Below are positions 37,176-46,928 of a stretch of 64,000 nucleotides of DNA, piece by piece. Source of the DNA: Parcubacteria group bacterium (GTDB lineage Bacteria; Patescibacteriota; Minisyncoccia; Phycocordibacterales; UBA2135); the NCBI GenBank assembly GCA_016180525.1, contig JACPBB010000002.1, positions 345,980 through 409,979 on the forward strand. The letters run 5' to 3'. Each line of letters starts with the position of its first letter. Position 1 is the first letter of the stretch. The position numbers and the translations under genes were made by a program. The notes under the pieces were generated by a model. It did no database searches, was not told the DNA's origin, and saw only the letters and a list, made by a program, of their open reading frames with translations.

Positions 37176-37268
37176 TGACATAGCCGCCCCACGGGCGGCT
37201 TTTCTATTTTTTAAAAATAAAAAGCGGATTGATATAATCGCACCGCACTATTTCAAATGAAGATTTAT

Positions 37269-37547
37269 TTATTCTAGGGGCTTTGCTTTTCTGATGGGAA
37301 GATGGTGTCGTTTCAATAGTGGTCTTGCTTCAACGCCAGCACATGCTCCATCTACGTCATTTAAGAAACCAAACGGGTTATGAGACCCAAGCTTTTCCTC
37401 TGCTTGTTTATGATATTGCCACCTTAAAACATAGAGCAGTGAACAAGTTTCACACTTTGTTTTAGATTTGCGTTCCGCGGTGTAGCGTGGATGAAAATGG
37501 CATCGCACGGTCAAAATCTTATCGGTGGGCACTCTTAGTCCAGCCAT
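37269..37547 (-). CDS. hypothetical Cys/His-rich small protein (possible zinc ribbon)
   Basis: 92-aa ORF with CHFH...C..C pattern. Confidence 0.3.
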   Translation of the reverse strand: MAGLRVPTDKILTVRCHFHPRYTAERKSKTKCETCSLLYVLRWQYHKQAEEKLGSHNPFGFLNDVDGACAGVEARPLLKRHHLPIRKAKPLE

Positions 37548-37732
37548 GTTATGAGTCTCCTAAGCTGTTGAGTTAAAAACTTTCGTTAGTGTAACATACA
37601 TGTATTCAATTGCAAATCGGACAAGAACCGTCCTCGGCATGTTACTTGTTCCGATGTTGCATAGAACTTGCAAATTTTTAAAAATAATTACATTATTACC
37701 GCAGTGAGTATTCCGCGAATTGTGGAGGTACA

Positions 37733-38239
37733 ATGACAAAGCGCCTGGCGGTGTACGCAGGTTCTTTCGACCCCTTAACCACTGGTCACCTCTGGATGAT
37801 TGAGCAGGGAGCTTGTTTGTTTGATGAGCTTATTGTTGCGGCAGGAATTAACCCGGAAAAACGATATATGTTTTCTGTTACCGAAAGGATTCACATGCTT
37901 AAAGAGAGTGTCGCACAAATTTCAAATGTTACTGTAGGTAGTTTTACAAACCAATTTCTCATCACATACGCGCAATCAATTGGAGCACAATTTATACTTC
38001 GCGGCGTCAGAACAGAAAGCGATTATGAATATGAACGTACTATGAGAAATATTAATGGAGACTTGGACCCTAGTGTCACAACTATATTTCTCATGCCGCC
38101 GCGCGCGATTGCAGAAATCAGCTCCAGTATGGTTAAAGGACTTATTGGGCCAGAAGGATGGGAGCATATAGTAGAAAAGTATCTTCCTGCGCCTGTGTTT
38201 AAAAAAATAAAAGCGGCTCATTATGCAAAACCAGAATAG
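37733..38239 (+). CDS. coaD: phosphopantetheine adenylyltransferase
   Basis: AVYAGSFDPLTTGH nucleotidyltransferase motif; 168 aa. Confidence 0.85.
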   Translation: MTKRLAVYAGSFDPLTTGHLWMIEQGACLFDELIVAAGINPEKRYMFSVTERIHMLKESVAQISNVTVGSFTNQFLITYAQSIGAQFILRGVRTESDYEYERTMRNINGDLDPSVTTIFLMPPRAIAEISSSMVKGLIGPEGWEHIVEKYLPAPVFKKIKAAHYAKPE

Positions 38240-38861
38240 AGAATTGTGGTTTAAGTTGTGGGAGCGTATTGGCGCATGCACCGATTCGCGCACAGTGTAC
38301 AAGGACCTTGCGGCGCGATACAGCGAGTCGCATCGCGCGTATCATACCCTTGAGCACATAAATCACTGTCTTTTTGAGCTTGAAAAAGTAAGGCGTATTA
38401 CATTAGACGTAGACGTTATTGAACTTGCAATCTGGTTTCATGATGCGGTATATGATACGCATGCATCTGATAATGAAGAGCAAAGTGCTTTGCTTGCAGC
38501 GCAGGTTATGCGGGAAGCAGCGTTACCAGAAAGAATGATTAAAAAAGTTACAGAGTTTATACGCGCGACAAAACACACTCACGGCTTGCATAGCCACGAC
38601 ATTGATTTATATTTTTTCTTGGATATAGATCTCTCTATTTTGGGACAAACACAAAAAGTGTTTGACGCATATGAATTACAGATTAGAAAAGAATATGAAT
38701 GGGTTCCAGAAGAGGCGTTTATTGAGGGACGAAAGGTAGTTCTTTCCTCATTTTTAAATCGGGAGCACATTTATTCAACACATCAATTTTACGACGCGTA
38801 TGAAGCACAAGCCCGTGAAAATATCGCTCGTTCTCTTGTGAAATTATCGCCCACGATATAA
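38223..38861 (+). CDS. HD-superfamily metal-dependent phosphohydrolase (COG4339-like)
   Basis: YHTLEH...WFHDAVYD HD motif arrangement; 17-nt overlap with coaD; terminator at about 38885..38925. Confidence 0.55.
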   Translation: MQNQNRELWFKLWERIGACTDSRTVYKDLAARYSESHRAYHTLEHINHCLFELEKVRRITLDVDVIELAIWFHDAVYDTHASDNEEQSALLAAQVMREAALPERMIKKVTEFIRATKHTHGLHSHDIDLYFFLDIDLSILGQTQKVFDAYELQIRKEYEWVPEEAFIEGRKVVLSSFLNREHIYSTHQFYDAYEAQARENIARSLVKLSPTI

Positions 38862-38998
38862 CTTTGTTGGGCGATTTTTTAAAACACCACCTCATCATTT
38901 TCTACGAGGTGGTTTATTATTTTGGACCAATTTTCCCACTTTTTATTGACAGACCATTTTAGTTATAGTATCCATAATGTAGTTACTGATTTTACACT

Positions 38999-39985
38999 TT
39001 GAAATGGAGATGGGCGATGGGACGAAGTGTTGTTGAGCAGTGGTTTCCTCCGATTGAACCGTATCGTAGAGGGTGTCTTCCGGTTGGTGATGGGCACAGC
39101 ATATACTATGAGGAATGTGGCAATCCAGAAGGCGTACCGGTCTTGTATCTGCACGGAGGGCCCGGCGCAGGCTGTGATAAAGATACGCGGAGATTTTTTG
39201 ATTCCCAACAATGTTGCATTATCATTTTTGACCAACGCGGAAGCGGCAGGAGCACGCCCTACACAAGTACGTACGAAAATACCACATGGCACCTTATTAA
39301 GGATATCAATACACTCCTTGATCATCTTGGAAAAGAGCGGGTGGTTCTTTTTGGCGGCTCATGGGGCTCAACTCTCGCGCTCGTGTATGCAATCAATCAC
39401 CCGGAAAGAGTTTTGGGGATGGTGTTGCGTGGGATTTTTCTTTCAGAAAAGAGAGAAGTGCGTGATTATGTTGAAGGTATCCCGAACACTCGTTTTCCGG
39501 AGGTGTGGGAGCGATTTATTTCACATGTTCCCACTGATATGCGGGAAAACCCCGCTGGTTATTATTTTAAACATATGACCTCTGGGGATCTGCTTGAACA
39601 AAAAAAATATGCATATGAATGGGCATACTATGAAAGCGCGCGCCTGAATCTTGTGCCAAAAAGAGAAGAGGAACTTGAGCGAGAAATTAAAGCGGACCCG
39701 TACGAGTCGCTAGCAATTCTTGAAGCACACTATATTAGGAGTCTTTGTTTTCTTTCGGATGGGTATATTTTAAGAAACGCGTACCGCATACCCAATGTCC
39801 CCGTTTCAATCATTCATGGACGGTATGACGATGTCTGTCCGGTAGAGAGCGCTCTGCGTTTGCACCAAAGCCTGCCAACTTCAAAACTTCATGTTGTCGT
39901 TGCGGGGCATTCTCGCTCTGACCCGGAAATTTTAAAAATGCTGGTTTCAGAAACAGATAGAATGATTGCAGAACTTAAAGAGTAA
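38999..39985 (+). CDS. pip: proline iminopeptidase (S33 alpha/beta hydrolase)
   Basis: YLHGGPGAG motif, GGSWGSTLAL nucleophile elbow, overall Pip architecture. Confidence 0.75.
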   Translation: MKWRWAMGRSVVEQWFPPIEPYRRGCLPVGDGHSIYYEECGNPEGVPVLYLHGGPGAGCDKDTRRFFDSQQCCIIIFDQRGSGRSTPYTSTYENTTWHLIKDINTLLDHLGKERVVLFGGSWGSTLALVYAINHPERVLGMVLRGIFLSEKREVRDYVEGIPNTRFPEVWERFISHVPTDMRENPAGYYFKHMTSGDLLEQKKYAYEWAYYESARLNLVPKREEELEREIKADPYESLAILEAHYIRSLCFLSDGYILRNAYRIPNVPVSIIHGRYDDVCPVESALRLHQSLPTSKLHVVVAGHSRSDPEILKMLVSETDRMIAELKE

Positions 39986-40168
39986 ACCCCGTTAGAAGTT
40001 TTCATATTGTTCCCGCATGTTACTGGATGTAGCCAGGGCGAATTTGCTTTTGCAGACCATACAACCCCTATACTCCAGCTGAACTTTCTAACGGGGTAAA
40101 TTAACAAGCCGATCACTATGATCGGCTTTTCTATTTAGAACTTTTGTAGGATGTTGGCGACATTGGTC

Positions 40169-40888
40169 TCAACGTGGCAGTTTTTTATGCAAATAGTCCC
40201 GCAACTTTTTGGCTTGTTCATTCATATGCTGCTCTGCGTCTTCGGGCCACTTGCTTGTATCAAAGGGCACGGCTGCTTTTTCCGCCAATTTTTGCGCTTG
40301 TATAACATCAATGTGAGAAATAGTATCAAAGGGCACTCCGCCTTTTACACAAAAACTATGGCCATATTCATAATCAGTAATATGCAGACTCTCGGGATCT
40401 ATATAAATGTTTCTTTTCTCTGCCAGTCGTGATGAATCAACAAAAACTCTTCCATATAATTTTCCATGCGATTCATCGTCTATATATCCTTCAACCGCAA
40501 AATCAGTTGTTTGCAGGTATGTAAGTGTTTCGGGGTTTTTAGATCCAAACACCTCCTGATTTTCTATATTTTTTTCTATCACAGGTAATTCCGAAACATG
40601 GCCGAGCTCGAGTGGAGGCTCTGTGAGCGGAAGAAGCTCAATTTGTATTCGTTTAGCATCAACCCACCGCGCATTAATTATTTCCCTTTCAAATGCGTCT
40701 ATAATATTTTTTACAGACCGTTCGCTCCACCCGAATTCCTCAACGGTTCCTTCAATTATGATATTGGGCAATTCTTTATTCGGTATTGTTTCTTGCGGCG
40801 AAGAGGGTACTTCAATTGTCTTAAGCACTTTGTGCGCCCGTGCTTTTTCAAGGCGTCTTTCAAAATAGGGGTCTATGTCTTCACGCAT
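40169..40888 (-). CDS. hypothetical protein (third gene of a 3-gene operon)
   Basis: ORF-track 40942 start overlaps the upstream gene by 62 nt; the internal Met at 40888 abuts the upstream stop instead. Confidence 0.4.
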   Translation of the reverse strand: MREDIDPYFERRLEKARAHKVLKTIEVPSSPQETIPNKELPNIIIEGTVEEFGWSERSVKNIIDAFEREIINARWVDAKRIQIELLPLTEPPLELGHVSELPVIEKNIENQEVFGSKNPETLTYLQTTDFAVEGYIDDESHGKLYGRVFVDSSRLAEKRNIYIDPESLHITDYEYGHSFCVKGGVPFDTISHIDVIQAQKLAEKAAVPFDTSKWPEDAEQHMNEQAKKLRDYLHKKLPR

Positions 40889-41534
40889 AAGATTTATTTG
40901 TAAGCATATCTTTTTGGGACCATGTTTGATACCACGCATCACCCTTTCCGGCAGGTGGTATATGAATAACGAGTGTTCCCTCGTCTTTCACGGCAGGATT
41001 CGGATGCTCATCATAGGGTGCTATTATTATTTCTACATCAGAGCCGAGCTCCTTTTCTACCACAAGGGTTAAACCATTTATCGCGTCTTTATCGAGGACC
41101 TGAATCTCTTCTTGTTTTGTGTCTGGATTTTGCGTGCGTACACCGGGAAGAGCAAAAATTGCTTTTTTAATTTTTGCGCTTTTTATTCTCTCTTCATCTG
41201 GAATGAGAGCGCGTAGTTTTCCCATGCTTGTGAGCAAGGCATCCGGCGGATAGTAGGTAAGAGCGCATGCTCTTGTGCCGTCCTCGGTTTCCACAAATAC
41301 AGCCACGGTATTACAGTCGCAGAGCCCATATGTCCACATAACTTTTTCTTCCGTTGCGCCTGGTGGGACTTCCACAAATCTTCCATCTTTAATGCCCACC
41401 CACTCAACATTACTGTCGCGGCTCTCCACAGAGCGACGATATAAATCTTGCACGGTCGCAGAAAAATCTTCCGCGGGGGATTCATTGGCATTTTTTTGTT
41501 TTTCGAAGTTGTTGGTCACATTATTTTTCCCCAA
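40881..41534 (-). CDS. hypothetical protein (second gene of a 3-gene operon)
   Basis: 217-aa ORF overlapping the neighbouring genes at both ends. Confidence 0.45.
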   Translation of the reverse strand: MGKNNVTNNFEKQKNANESPAEDFSATVQDLYRRSVESRDSNVEWVGIKDGRFVEVPPGATEEKVMWTYGLCDCNTVAVFVETEDGTRACALTYYPPDALLTSMGKLRALIPDEERIKSAKIKKAIFALPGVRTQNPDTKQEEIQVLDKDAINGLTLVVEKELGSDVEIIIAPYDEHPNPAVKDEGTLVIHIPPAGKGDAWYQTWSQKDMLTNKSYA

Positions 41535-41791
41535 GGATGATCTTTTCCCTCAAATAATTCCTCTATTAAAAGCTTCTTTACTTTTTCTCGCTTGGGGTCT
41601 CCGAATTTATCACTTTCATTTCTGCAACAGGCACGGGCATATGCAATGTCTCCACGGCGCAGCGCCTTTGTGATACTTTGGGTAACCGTTTCCCACGGGC
41701 CACCATGTTGTGGAGGGTCCAGTTTTTCTATTGTATCAGCAAGCGCGTCCCACCTTCCTTGCTCGGATTCTTGTTTTAATACTTCGTTCAT
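41516..41791 (-). CDS. hypothetical protein (first gene of a 3-gene operon)
   Basis: 91-aa ORF; 19-nt overlap with the next gene. Confidence 0.4.
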   Translation of the reverse strand: MNEVLKQESEQGRWDALADTIEKLDPPQHGGPWETVTQSITKALRRGDIAYARACCRNESDKFGDPKREKVKKLLIEELFEGKDHPWGKIM

Positions 41792-41824
41792 GTTTTGATT
41801 TTAACACATTTGTATGAAAAACGG

Positions 41825-41909
41825 TGGCGGTGGGTAGAGGGCTCGAACCTCTAAGGGCTTGCGCCCGCCGCTTTTCGAAAGCGGTGCATTACCATTCTGC
41901 CAACCCACC
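41825..41909 (-). tRNA. tRNA-Ser (anticodon CGA), CCA encoded
   Basis: manual fold: acceptor ggtgggt/acccacc, 3-bp D-stem, anticodon loop ttCGAaa, long variable arm cgggcgcaagccc, 3' GCCA. Confidence 0.8.
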
Positions 41910-42593
41910 CTAGAAGGTCCTTAGTGGTTTTCTGTTTAATATTTCCTCGACTTCTTCATATCCAAGAGGGAAACTGAAATTGTAACGTGCCGGCACAGCA
42001 AAAACGTAATTTGTATTTCGTCCCAATTCGTTCGGGTCAACCGGAGCGGCTCCAATGTGAAATTTTCCAGATTTAAGATTACCCCATTGTTCCGCGGTAA
42101 ATACCATGACAGGAATATCTTGATAAAGTTTTTCAGCAGTCCATTTCGGATTGTGTATCGATACTATCGGACCATGCGTAAATTCTTTCTCGCCCAGTTC
42201 ATCGCCGACATCGTAACCTGTCCATGTATCCATGGAAACGGTGTAGTTCCGCCATGTTTCCGGTAGAGAAACATAAAATCTGTATTCGGCGTTACGATAT
42301 TCCGGCAAACTTGTATCGCTATCGAATGGTGACAGGTGTTTTTTGGTAACGGTAATGTAGGTAGTTATTGCGACCGCAATTACAGCCGCGATGGCAATGG
42401 ACAACAGCAATTTTTTTCTTGGAATCCTGGCGCAGGCTTTGTTTAGAACTTGAAAATCAGCTAATAGTGATGTAACTCCCAAAACTAAGAAAATGCCGGA
42501 CGCTAGCCAGTCTCCGTTACGTATCGCTTCTATTGATGCGAATCCGAAAAAAATTATAAATATTGCTAAATTGATAAAAGTCGGCGTTTTCAT
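41910..42593 (-). CDS. hypothetical membrane protein
   Basis: start trimmed to MKTPTF because the ORF-track N-terminus runs through tRNA-Ser(42639..42725); 2 TM helices then a soluble domain. Confidence 0.45.
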   Translation of the reverse strand: MKTPTFINLAIFIIFFGFASIEAIRNGDWLASGIFLVLGVTSLLADFQVLNKACARIPRKKLLLSIAIAAVIAVAITTYITVTKKHLSPFDSDTSLPEYRNAEYRFYVSLPETWRNYTVSMDTWTGYDVGDELGEKEFTHGPIVSIHNPKWTAEKLYQDIPVMVFTAEQWGNLKSGKFHIGAAPVDPNELGRNTNYVFAVPARYNFSFPLGYEEVEEILNRKPLRTF

Positions 42594-42638
42594 GCTTTTG
42601 CTTTCAAGCCCGGTCTTTCGAACGGGTGTACAATCCTG

Positions 42639-42725
42639 CGGAGGGGGAGAGATTCGAACTCTCGTGAGACTTTCGTCTCCGACGGATTTCGAGTCCGCGC
42701 CGTTAAACCACTCCGGCACCCCTCC
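42639..42725 (-). tRNA. tRNA-Ser (anticodon CGA), second copy
   Basis: manual fold: acceptor ggagggg/cccctcc, 3-bp D-stem, anticodon loop ctCGAaa, long variable arm ggagacgaaagtctc, T-arm gagag-ttcgaat-ctctc. Confidence 0.7.
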
Positions 42726-42845
42726 AAAAGAAAGACTAACATTTTTTGTATTTTTCACAAAATATGCTATAGTTTTTAGGCCTAAAACACTTTTGCTTTG
42801 CAAAATGTTTGGCCAATCAATTCTGCTTTTGCAGAATGTGATTTA

Positions 42846-42920
42846 GGCCCCATCGTCTAGCCTGGTCCAGGACGTGAGCTTTTCAAGCTCAAAACCCGGG
42901 TTCGAATCCCGGTGGGGTCA
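42846..42920 (+). tRNA. tRNA-Glu (anticodon TTC)
   Basis: aligns with canonical tRNA-Glu (GTCTAG...CCAGGAC D-arm); anticodon loop ttTTCaa; T-arm ccggg-ttcgaat-cccgg. Confidence 0.8.
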
Positions 42921-42960
42921 TAAAATGAAACTCATAATTATAAGTAATTAAATAAAGATT

Positions 42961-43257
42961 ATGGAGAAATTTAAAGGTGAAAAAAATCCGTTTATGGATA
43001 CATATGAAACTGCCAGCGGTCTAATGGAAGCGCTTGAGAAGAACAAAGGAAGGAAATTTAATTGGGAGAGACATCCTCTTTCTGAAGAAGAGGACTTGTA
43101 CACGGGTGTAGACAAACAAGAAGATGGAACTCTTAAAATATATGTGATATTGAGCAAGGATTCTGAAAACTCATTTCTTAACACATTTGATACCTTTCCA
43201 CAGGTGCTCGAATTTTTTAAAGAACTATCTCAGTCTGAGAAAAAACAAGAGAGATAA
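42961..43257 (+). CDS. hypothetical acidic protein
   Basis: 98-aa ORF. Confidence 0.4.
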   Translation: MEKFKGEKNPFMDTYETASGLMEALEKNKGRKFNWERHPLSEEEDLYTGVDKQEDGTLKIYVILSKDSENSFLNTFDTFPQVLEFFKELSQSEKKQER

Positions 43258-43309
43258 AAATTGCCAGAAAAAGATACCTGACCCCAACAAGTTTTGATAT
43301 AATTAATCT

Positions 43310-43651
43310 ATGAGATTAAGCTATGTTGCACTTTTGATTCTTGCTGTTGCCGCTGTGGCAATAGCGGATGTATTTCTCAAACAAGCCGCTGTGCATAACA
43401 GTTTGTGGGCAGCATTTAAAAGCCCATGGATGATTGGAGCGATATTTTTGTATCTCTTTCAAATATTTTTCTTTACTTATATTTTTGTCGCTGGAGTCCA
43501 GCTTGTTAATGTCGGCGTCCTTCAAACTGTTCTCTATGCAGCCATAGTTCTTTTTGCCGGATTTTTTATTTTTAATGAGACACTTACTCCGATACAAGTT
43601 CTCGGAATTATTTTGGCACTCAGCGGGACGATATTAATCAGCCTTAAATAA
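43310..43651 (+). CDS. small 4-TM membrane protein (SMR/EamA-like, DMT superfamily)
   Basis: 113 aa, four TM helices typical of EmrE/ArnE-like half-transporters. Confidence 0.5.
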   Translation: MRLSYVALLILAVAAVAIADVFLKQAAVHNSLWAAFKSPWMIGAIFLYLFQIFFFTYIFVAGVQLVNVGVLQTVLYAAIVLFAGFFIFNETLTPIQVLGIILALSGTILISLK

Positions 43652-43661
43652 AAATTAAAAC

Positions 43662-44903
43662 ATGAACAAAGGATTTATCCCCCCACCTTCTCAGAATACC
43701 TCACAGTCTTGCTGTGGAGATGGATGGGTGTTGTACAGATCCTTTCTGAAGGGTCCAATATCTCGCGGGAAGGTGGGGGGATTTATTTCTATTTTTACGC
43801 TTCTTATTATTCTTGGCGTGGTTGGCGTTGGGGTGGTGGGCGCTGTACTTATTGTTAAAACGGGAAATGATAAAAATGACATGGCATCTATTGAAGAGGA
43901 GACAGAAATAGTGGCATCTGAAAATAAAGAGGCAACTTCGTTACCTGTTTCATCAAAGCTTGTCAAAAGCACAGAACAAGGAATTCAAGCGCCAAACACA
44001 ACTCCTTCTGTGGACACCACTCTTCTTAATTTAGAGCGCGAAATTAGTGTTTTGTTTGACGCCAAAGTAGCGATCGGGGAGGAACACTATCTTCTTATTT
44101 TAAAAAATCTTGATAACGCGGAAAAAGAGGGTGGTAATAAAGATACAGTAGCGCGACTGCGAAATATGCTTGAAACAATACATTCGTATGCATCGCTATC
44201 CGCTCCCGAGGAATCGCAAATCACAACAACAGCAGAAGAAGCTCCGATGCCCAAGGGGGTCGGAGTCCCGACCTCGCCAGAAGCGAGCGTCGGGGAAAAA
44301 ACAGAGCCGGTGTCTTGCGCAAACGACACGCGCCCGAAGCTAACCGCAGACATTACCGACTTTTCTAAAATCAGAAAAATTACGGCCCCTGGCAACGCGT
44401 CAGTTGAAGGTCCGAAAGGACACTCGTTTATCTGGACGGGTGGCGCGCGTGTTCCCATCTATGCTCCTGCGAATATTACACTTGAATCTGGCTCATATTC
44501 AAAAGATACCGAGAGTAGTCCGGCGCAGTATCTCCTCTTTTTTGTAGTACAAGAGAATTGCAACTATCGCGTTAAGTTTGACCACATAGATGAGCCGATT
44601 ACATCCATCAGAGAACAATTCTCGGCGACTCCAGCTGTCGCGGACAGTCATACTTCGGAAGTAGTAAACAAAATAAAATTTAACACCGGTGATTTAATTG
44701 GCTACACGTCTGGTACGGTCTCGGCAGGTAATTGGGACTTCGGCATGTATAATTTGAACGAAGAAGGGCCCCTGAAACGAGTTGACAATGTCTTCGGCAT
44801 ACATGGCTACTCGGTGTGCTGGGTGGATTTTTATTCCCCGGATGTAAAAAAATATCAATACAGAAATCTACTTGAAGGCACCACCCTCGTTTGTTTCTTT
44901 TAA
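43662..44903 (+). CDS. hypothetical membrane-anchored secreted protein carrying an in-frame REP-like element
   Basis: 413 aa; N-terminal TM; nt 44244..44294 is a copy of the G+C-rich palindromic repeat and encodes PKGVGVPTSPEASVGEK. Confidence 0.5.
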   Translation: MNKGFIPPPSQNTSQSCCGDGWVLYRSFLKGPISRGKVGGFISIFTLLIILGVVGVGVVGAVLIVKTGNDKNDMASIEEETEIVASENKEATSLPVSSKLVKSTEQGIQAPNTTPSVDTTLLNLEREISVLFDAKVAIGEEHYLLILKNLDNAEKEGGNKDTVARLRNMLETIHSYASLSAPEESQITTTAEEAPMPKGVGVPTSPEASVGEKTEPVSCANDTRPKLTADITDFSKIRKITAPGNASVEGPKGHSFIWTGGARVPIYAPANITLESGSYSKDTESSPAQYLLFFVVQENCNYRVKFDHIDEPITSIREQFSATPAVADSHTSEVVNKIKFNTGDLIGYTSGTVSAGNWDFGMYNLNEEGPLKRVDNVFGIHGYSVCWVDFYSPDVKKYQYRNLLEGTTLVCFF

Positions 44904-44931
44904 TGAATTTCAAATAGTGTATAATCATACT

Positions 44932-45051
44932 ATGGGAAAACGAAGCACAGCAATAGGGCTCATGAGAACATCTCGTTCTCGAAAGACAAAAAAACGTCTT
45001 GCGAAAAAACACGCAATGCTCGCGAAAAGAGCCGCGAAACGGGGCAGGTAG
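44932..45051 (+). CDS. small Lys/Arg-rich protein (39 aa), possibly a divergent bL34-like ribosomal protein
   Basis: MGKRSTAIGLMRTSRSRKTKKRLAKKHAMLAKRAAKRGR; C-terminal RLAKKHAMLAKRAAKRGR loosely resembles L34 RMATKNGRKVLARRRAKGR; TATAAT 5 nt upstream; terminator immediately downstream. Confidence 0.3.
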   Translation: MGKRSTAIGLMRTSRSRKTKKRLAKKHAMLAKRAAKRGR

Positions 45052-45086
45052 TGCAATCTTACCAGGCTCTTTTGTCATAAAAACAA

Positions 45087-45135
45087 CCCCCTCACTCTCT
45101 AAGAGTGAGGGGGTGTTTTGCCTGATTTTTTTTCT
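45087..45135. terminator. bidirectional palindromic terminator (copy A)
   Basis: ccccctcactct-cta-agagtgaggggg with A-run before and T-run after; near-identical palindrome at 48724..48750. Confidence 0.65.
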
Positions 45136-45144
45136 TTTCTATTC

Positions 45145-46530
45145 TCATACCCCCGTTCCAAATGGAAGCGAGAGTACATAGAGTCCGAAGACGGTGTAGG
45201 AAACCATGAGGAAGAGCATCGGAAGCTGTCCAAGAATGATTTGCAAACGACTTTCAAATTCCACAAGCGCGATGCGATGTGCGATATATGTCGCGAGAAT
45301 ATGTCCAAGAAGAATTGCCCCAACCATAATGTACCAGACGGTGTCAGCCCCAATAATTCCTATATTAACTTGATACGATTGCGTGCCGAATAAATCCCAA
45401 TCTCTGAAGAGTGGATCGGAGAGCATGGGAATTAAGCGTTGTCCTTCAAAAATGAGGAGGCCAAAGTAGTGCGCGAAGTGATAGACAATGGCAATTGGTA
45501 TTAGGGAATACGTGAATGTGAGGAGGAGTGAAGAAAATGAGGTGGCAGTTTTCGTGACGAGTTTCATAAGAAATATTGCAAACGCATAGAATGCGAAGAA
45601 GACAAGCGGAGAGAAAAGAAGCGTTACATGCGAGACAAGAGAATAGTTGTTGAGGAAGAGGTCGCTTGAGCGGATGAAGTTTACCCATGGCTCTGTTTCT
45701 TTACTTCCGTCAAAAACGGTGGAAGAGAGCATAAAGAGAACGAAGAACAGAATGCTTATATGTGCGGTGCGACTTTTTAAGAGATGCTCGCCGGGTGGAG
45801 TAAATTCAATTTTTTGGGGCGTAATATGAAGCGGAGCGAATTTTCCCACAAGACGGAAGAACACGCTGAAAAAGTCAGAATAGTGAAACCAGTCACGAAT
45901 TCCAAAAAGTGCCGAGCCGTAAATGGAGATAAGAGTGTAGATTACAAGTACTCCGCCAAGCACATAGGGGTTCGCACCAGCGCCGCCTGAGAGCAGCTCA
46001 AGCCAGATAAGGCTGAAAAAAAAGAAAAGCGCGGGGATATATCCGAGCCGCCCCGGATAGGTGTATCGTGGCACATGATTTTTAGGAAGTATCCACGAGG
46101 CAATTGTTTTGAATGGGTTCATATACTCCCAGAGATTTCCAAATAGAGCAGAGAGATAGGTAAACCCCAAGAGGAAGATAATCCAGAAGAGAATCGGAGC
46201 GGGGTTGAGAAAGGCATTCCCGCTTCCTAAGAAAGCGAGTGCAAGCGTAAGTGTGAGGAGTATGATACCGAGAGCTTTCAGAAATGCCGCTACGAAGCGA
46301 AGAGATGGAATGGAAAATGTCTTACTGATATATCGCGAAGTTCCAGAAAGAGCTGGGGTGCTGAATAGTCCGAGAATTGCAAATGATGCCACAAGCGCTG
46401 CTCCCGCTCCGATTGCGTAAATGTGGAAGGGAAGCGGGAGTGTAAATTGGAGTCCAAACGCGTGTGCTTCTGTTATTGTTGGCACAAGTAAAATGAGGAT
46501 TCCGGCAAGAATCTTAAGAATTTGTTTCAT
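45145..46530 (-). CDS. polytopic membrane protein with signal peptide; possible metal-uptake partner of the adjacent YcnI-like protein
   Basis: 461 aa, more than 10 TM helices; operon with cupredoxin-like and YcnI/DUF1775-like genes. Confidence 0.5.
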   Translation of the reverse strand: MKQILKILAGILILLVPTITEAHAFGLQFTLPLPFHIYAIGAGAALVASFAILGLFSTPALSGTSRYISKTFSIPSLRFVAAFLKALGIILLTLTLALAFLGSGNAFLNPAPILFWIIFLLGFTYLSALFGNLWEYMNPFKTIASWILPKNHVPRYTYPGRLGYIPALFFFFSLIWLELLSGGAGANPYVLGGVLVIYTLISIYGSALFGIRDWFHYSDFFSVFFRLVGKFAPLHITPQKIEFTPPGEHLLKSRTAHISILFFVLFMLSSTVFDGSKETEPWVNFIRSSDLFLNNYSLVSHVTLLFSPLVFFAFYAFAIFLMKLVTKTATSFSSLLLTFTYSLIPIAIVYHFAHYFGLLIFEGQRLIPMLSDPLFRDWDLFGTQSYQVNIGIIGADTVWYIMVGAILLGHILATYIAHRIALVEFESRLQIILGQLPMLFLMVSYTVFGLYVLSLPFGTGV

Positions 46531-46539
46531 GGTTTTGCA

Positions 46540-46923
46540 TTATGGCAATACTTCTAACGCGCCTATATCCGTTTTGCTTTCTTCAAGTTCAAACATGAAA
46601 CGACCGCTTGCTGAAGCTTTGAATGTAAGTATCGCGGGCACTCCTTTTTCCAAATCAACGCTTCTGTCGTAGCCGTGGAGGTGAAATTCTTCATCTTCGT
46701 CAGCAGTAACAATGATACTTACTGTTTCCCCTTGTTTTATCGTGATTGTCTCGGGACCGGAGATGATTTTTTTGTTTTCAACAACAAGAGTAAATTCTTT
46801 TGGTTGTGTCAAAATTGTTTCTGGGGGTATGGGTTGAACATTTTCTGCCTCTTTTCCTAAAAAGAGCCAGCCACTGGCAATAATGAGCATGCCTGCGAGT
46901 ACAATAATTATTTTAGTCTTCAT
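46540..46923 (-). CDS. secreted small beta-rich protein, cupredoxin-like (HxH motif)
   Basis: 127 aa with signal/anchor sequence; EFHLHGYD motif. Confidence 0.4.
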   Translation of the reverse strand: MKTKIIIVLAGMLIIASGWLFLGKEAENVQPIPPETILTQPKEFTLVVENKKIISGPETITIKQGETVSIIVTADEDEEFHLHGYDRSVDLEKGVPAILTFKASASGRFMFELEESKTDIGALEVLP

Positions 46924-46928
46924 ATTAG

